Shown one piece after another: positions 62,221 to 64,000 of a stretch of 64,000 nt of DNA (its first letter is position 1; every line of letters begins with the position of its first letter). The stretch lies in contig NC_087437.1 in assembly GCF_036321535.1 (NCBI RefSeq), positions 28,150,001-28,214,000 of the forward strand, in the 5' to 3' direction. The notes beneath the pieces are model-generated. The model made no database searches and was not told the origin of the DNA. It saw nothing but the letters and a program-made list of their open reading frames with translations. The DNA comes from Camelus dromedarius. Its lineage: Eukaryota. Made by a program: the position numbers and the translations under genes.

Positions 62221-62861
62221 TCCAATTATTATAACCCACTAATTAAAATTATTCCTTTTGAAATTAGTAAAACTAATACTCCAATCTATGTATATCTTCC
62301 TTCCTCCCTCCCTCCCTCTCTCCTATCCTCCTTTCCTTCTTCCCTCCTTGTTTCCTTCCTCACCTCATCTTTGGTTAACTATTCTTCCTCTTCAAGCATT
62401 GCCATAACACAGTGGTGAAAGCAAATAATATATTTTATTTACTGTGGGTTTTTCTGACTTTCCCAAGAAGGACATTTAGATAATTTCAGAAACATTAATG
62501 TATTATCAGAAGATAAACACCATGAAGAAATTTTCATAAAAGGAAAATAAAATGTGGTAAAACAAAATGAAAACATGCCATGAAGCCTTATACTGCTGCT
62601 AAAATTCCACCAATTTGGCTCTGGGCTTCTGGCAAACAAAGAGGGGGGGAAATTAGCTATGAAATTAAAATAATCATAAGGTAAAACAAGACAATTGCTA
62701 GGGTGACATACGGCTAGACTATTGCCACAGCTAGCCCTCCTAAAGAGGCCACTTCACAATGAAGTCATAACATCCCAGCAGCGTCTTTCTTCATTGGGTG
62801 GCTTCTGACTGAGAGGATCCAAATGTGAAGTATAACTCTGTGCTACTGGAGTTCACAGTCC

Positions 62862-63082
62862 TTTTTCTTTTTTTTTTTTTTTTGAAGTACAGTCAGTTAC
62901 AATGTGTCAGTCTCTGGTGTGCAGCACAATTTCCTAGTCATGCATATACACACATATATTCATTTTCATACTTTTTTCATCAGTTTATTACAAGATATTG
63001 AACATAGTTCCCTGTGCTATACAAAGAAACTTTTTTAAAAAATACATTTTTATGTGTAGTGGCTAACATTTGCACATCTCAC
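62862..63082 (-). mobile_element. Young L1 3' end with poly(A) tail (camelid-like 3' UTR)
   Basis: Poly(T) then gaagtacagtcagttacaatgtgtca...ttattacaagatattgaacatagttccctgtgctataca...ggctaacatttgc; imperfect TSD-like cacagtc(c)tt / cacaatctt. Confidence 0.8.
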
Positions 63083-64000
63083 AATCTTGAGGGCATCCAC
63101 CACACACCCAGGAAAATACTACTACTTTAAGAGATACTGTATTAAAGTAGTGTGTCACAAATTAAAATTGCGGAGAAGGGAGAATTCACTGTGGGCTTAT
63201 ATCATGAATATTTTTTTTCTTGGAAAGACTAATTTCAACTTTGATCCTCTAGAACCTGGGATTAAAGGAGAAGAAACAAAGTTTATCCAAGGTCCAGGGA
63301 GGATGGCAGCATTAGAGTGTAGGTAGATTTCAATATGATTTGTTTTGGAGACAGTAAGGAAATCATACCGACTTGAGCAGAAGCTTAATTTTATAAAATA
63401 GTGGGAGGAGAGATTAAGACAGGAGATGATCTAGTTGTACAGGGTAGCTTGGTGCTTCAAGCTTCAGGTTCTAAATTAGGGGTATGTTGATATAATCCAG
63501 GAGATGTATGAACTCTTTGATATAATACATGATTGTGAATGTGTATACATACGTGGGCTTATCTGGAAAAAGTGCCTGTCTTGTTCACAATTTTCTGAAA
63601 GGAACCAAATCTCCTTATACCAGTACTTCAAAACAACAACAAAAATGTATAAAACCATTGCCAAACCATCAGTGATTAATTAGCCGTGAACGTTCTGTAA
63701 TAAGGAGGGTTGCTGGGCTTTAACTGAAAATTTAGAGGCTACTACATTAAGTTGTTTCTGTTTCTGATAAAGACAATAAGCAAAGTATAACTAAAATATG
63801 AACTCATTTTAAGAAACTTGGCTTGGAAATTGTGATTTGATGAACAAACAAAGAAGAGAGCCCAGAGTTATTTTTCTCTTGTTCATGTGATGTTAAAGGC
63901 AACAATCCCAAAACTTTGGCAGCTAGAATTTCCCACACCCTGCCCAGCCCTTCCTCCACTCAGTTTACTCCTAAATGGTTGATTCAAGTCCGTTCCAGTA

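Larger units (their letters stand above)
58192..63694 (-). pseudogene. Possible decayed exon chain of an unidentified, probably membrane-protein gene
   Basis: Segments bounded by polypyrimidine-AG and GT donors: 63694-63553, ~63130-62712 (L1-interrupted), 62628-62443, 61598-61462 (CAG|GTAAGT), 61296-61175 (GAG|GTAAGT), ~59270-59140, ~58278-58192; hydrophobic peptides with isolated stops. Confidence 0.35.

Noticed and set aside
1..64000. CRISPR arrays, tRNA/rRNA genes, CpG island, prokaryotic-type systems
   Set aside because: None seen; the sequence is CpG-depleted mammalian DNA with only microsatellites and short tandem duplications

Overview
AT-rich mammalian genomic DNA. It is probably cetartiodactyl and possibly camelid, judged from the youngest L1 3' ends and from finding no Alu, Bov-A/tA, PRE1 or CHR-type SINEs. 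By eye about half is transposable-element relics: L1 of several ages, L2, MIR, MLT1/LTR16/LTR33/ERV1 LTRs, an ERVL gag fragment and Tigger/MER2 DNA transposons. I find no intact protein-coding gene; the ORFs in the track are L1/ERV fragments, microsatellite read-throughs or chance. The unique DNA between repeats holds what look like heavily decayed, intron-containing genes. (1) A BTB-BACK-Kelch (KLHL-type) pseudogene on the minus strand at about 23.3-26.0 kb, the best supported. (2) An F-box/leucine-rich-repeat pseudogene just downstream on the same strand, from 17.4 kb past the left edge. (3) Two weaker, unidentified exon chains: plus strand 27.4-33.1 kb and minus strand 58.2-63.7 kb. All protein-family calls come from manual translation across stops and frameshifts and need HMM/tblastn confirmation. 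Repeat subfamily names are from remembered consensus features and coordinates are approximate.
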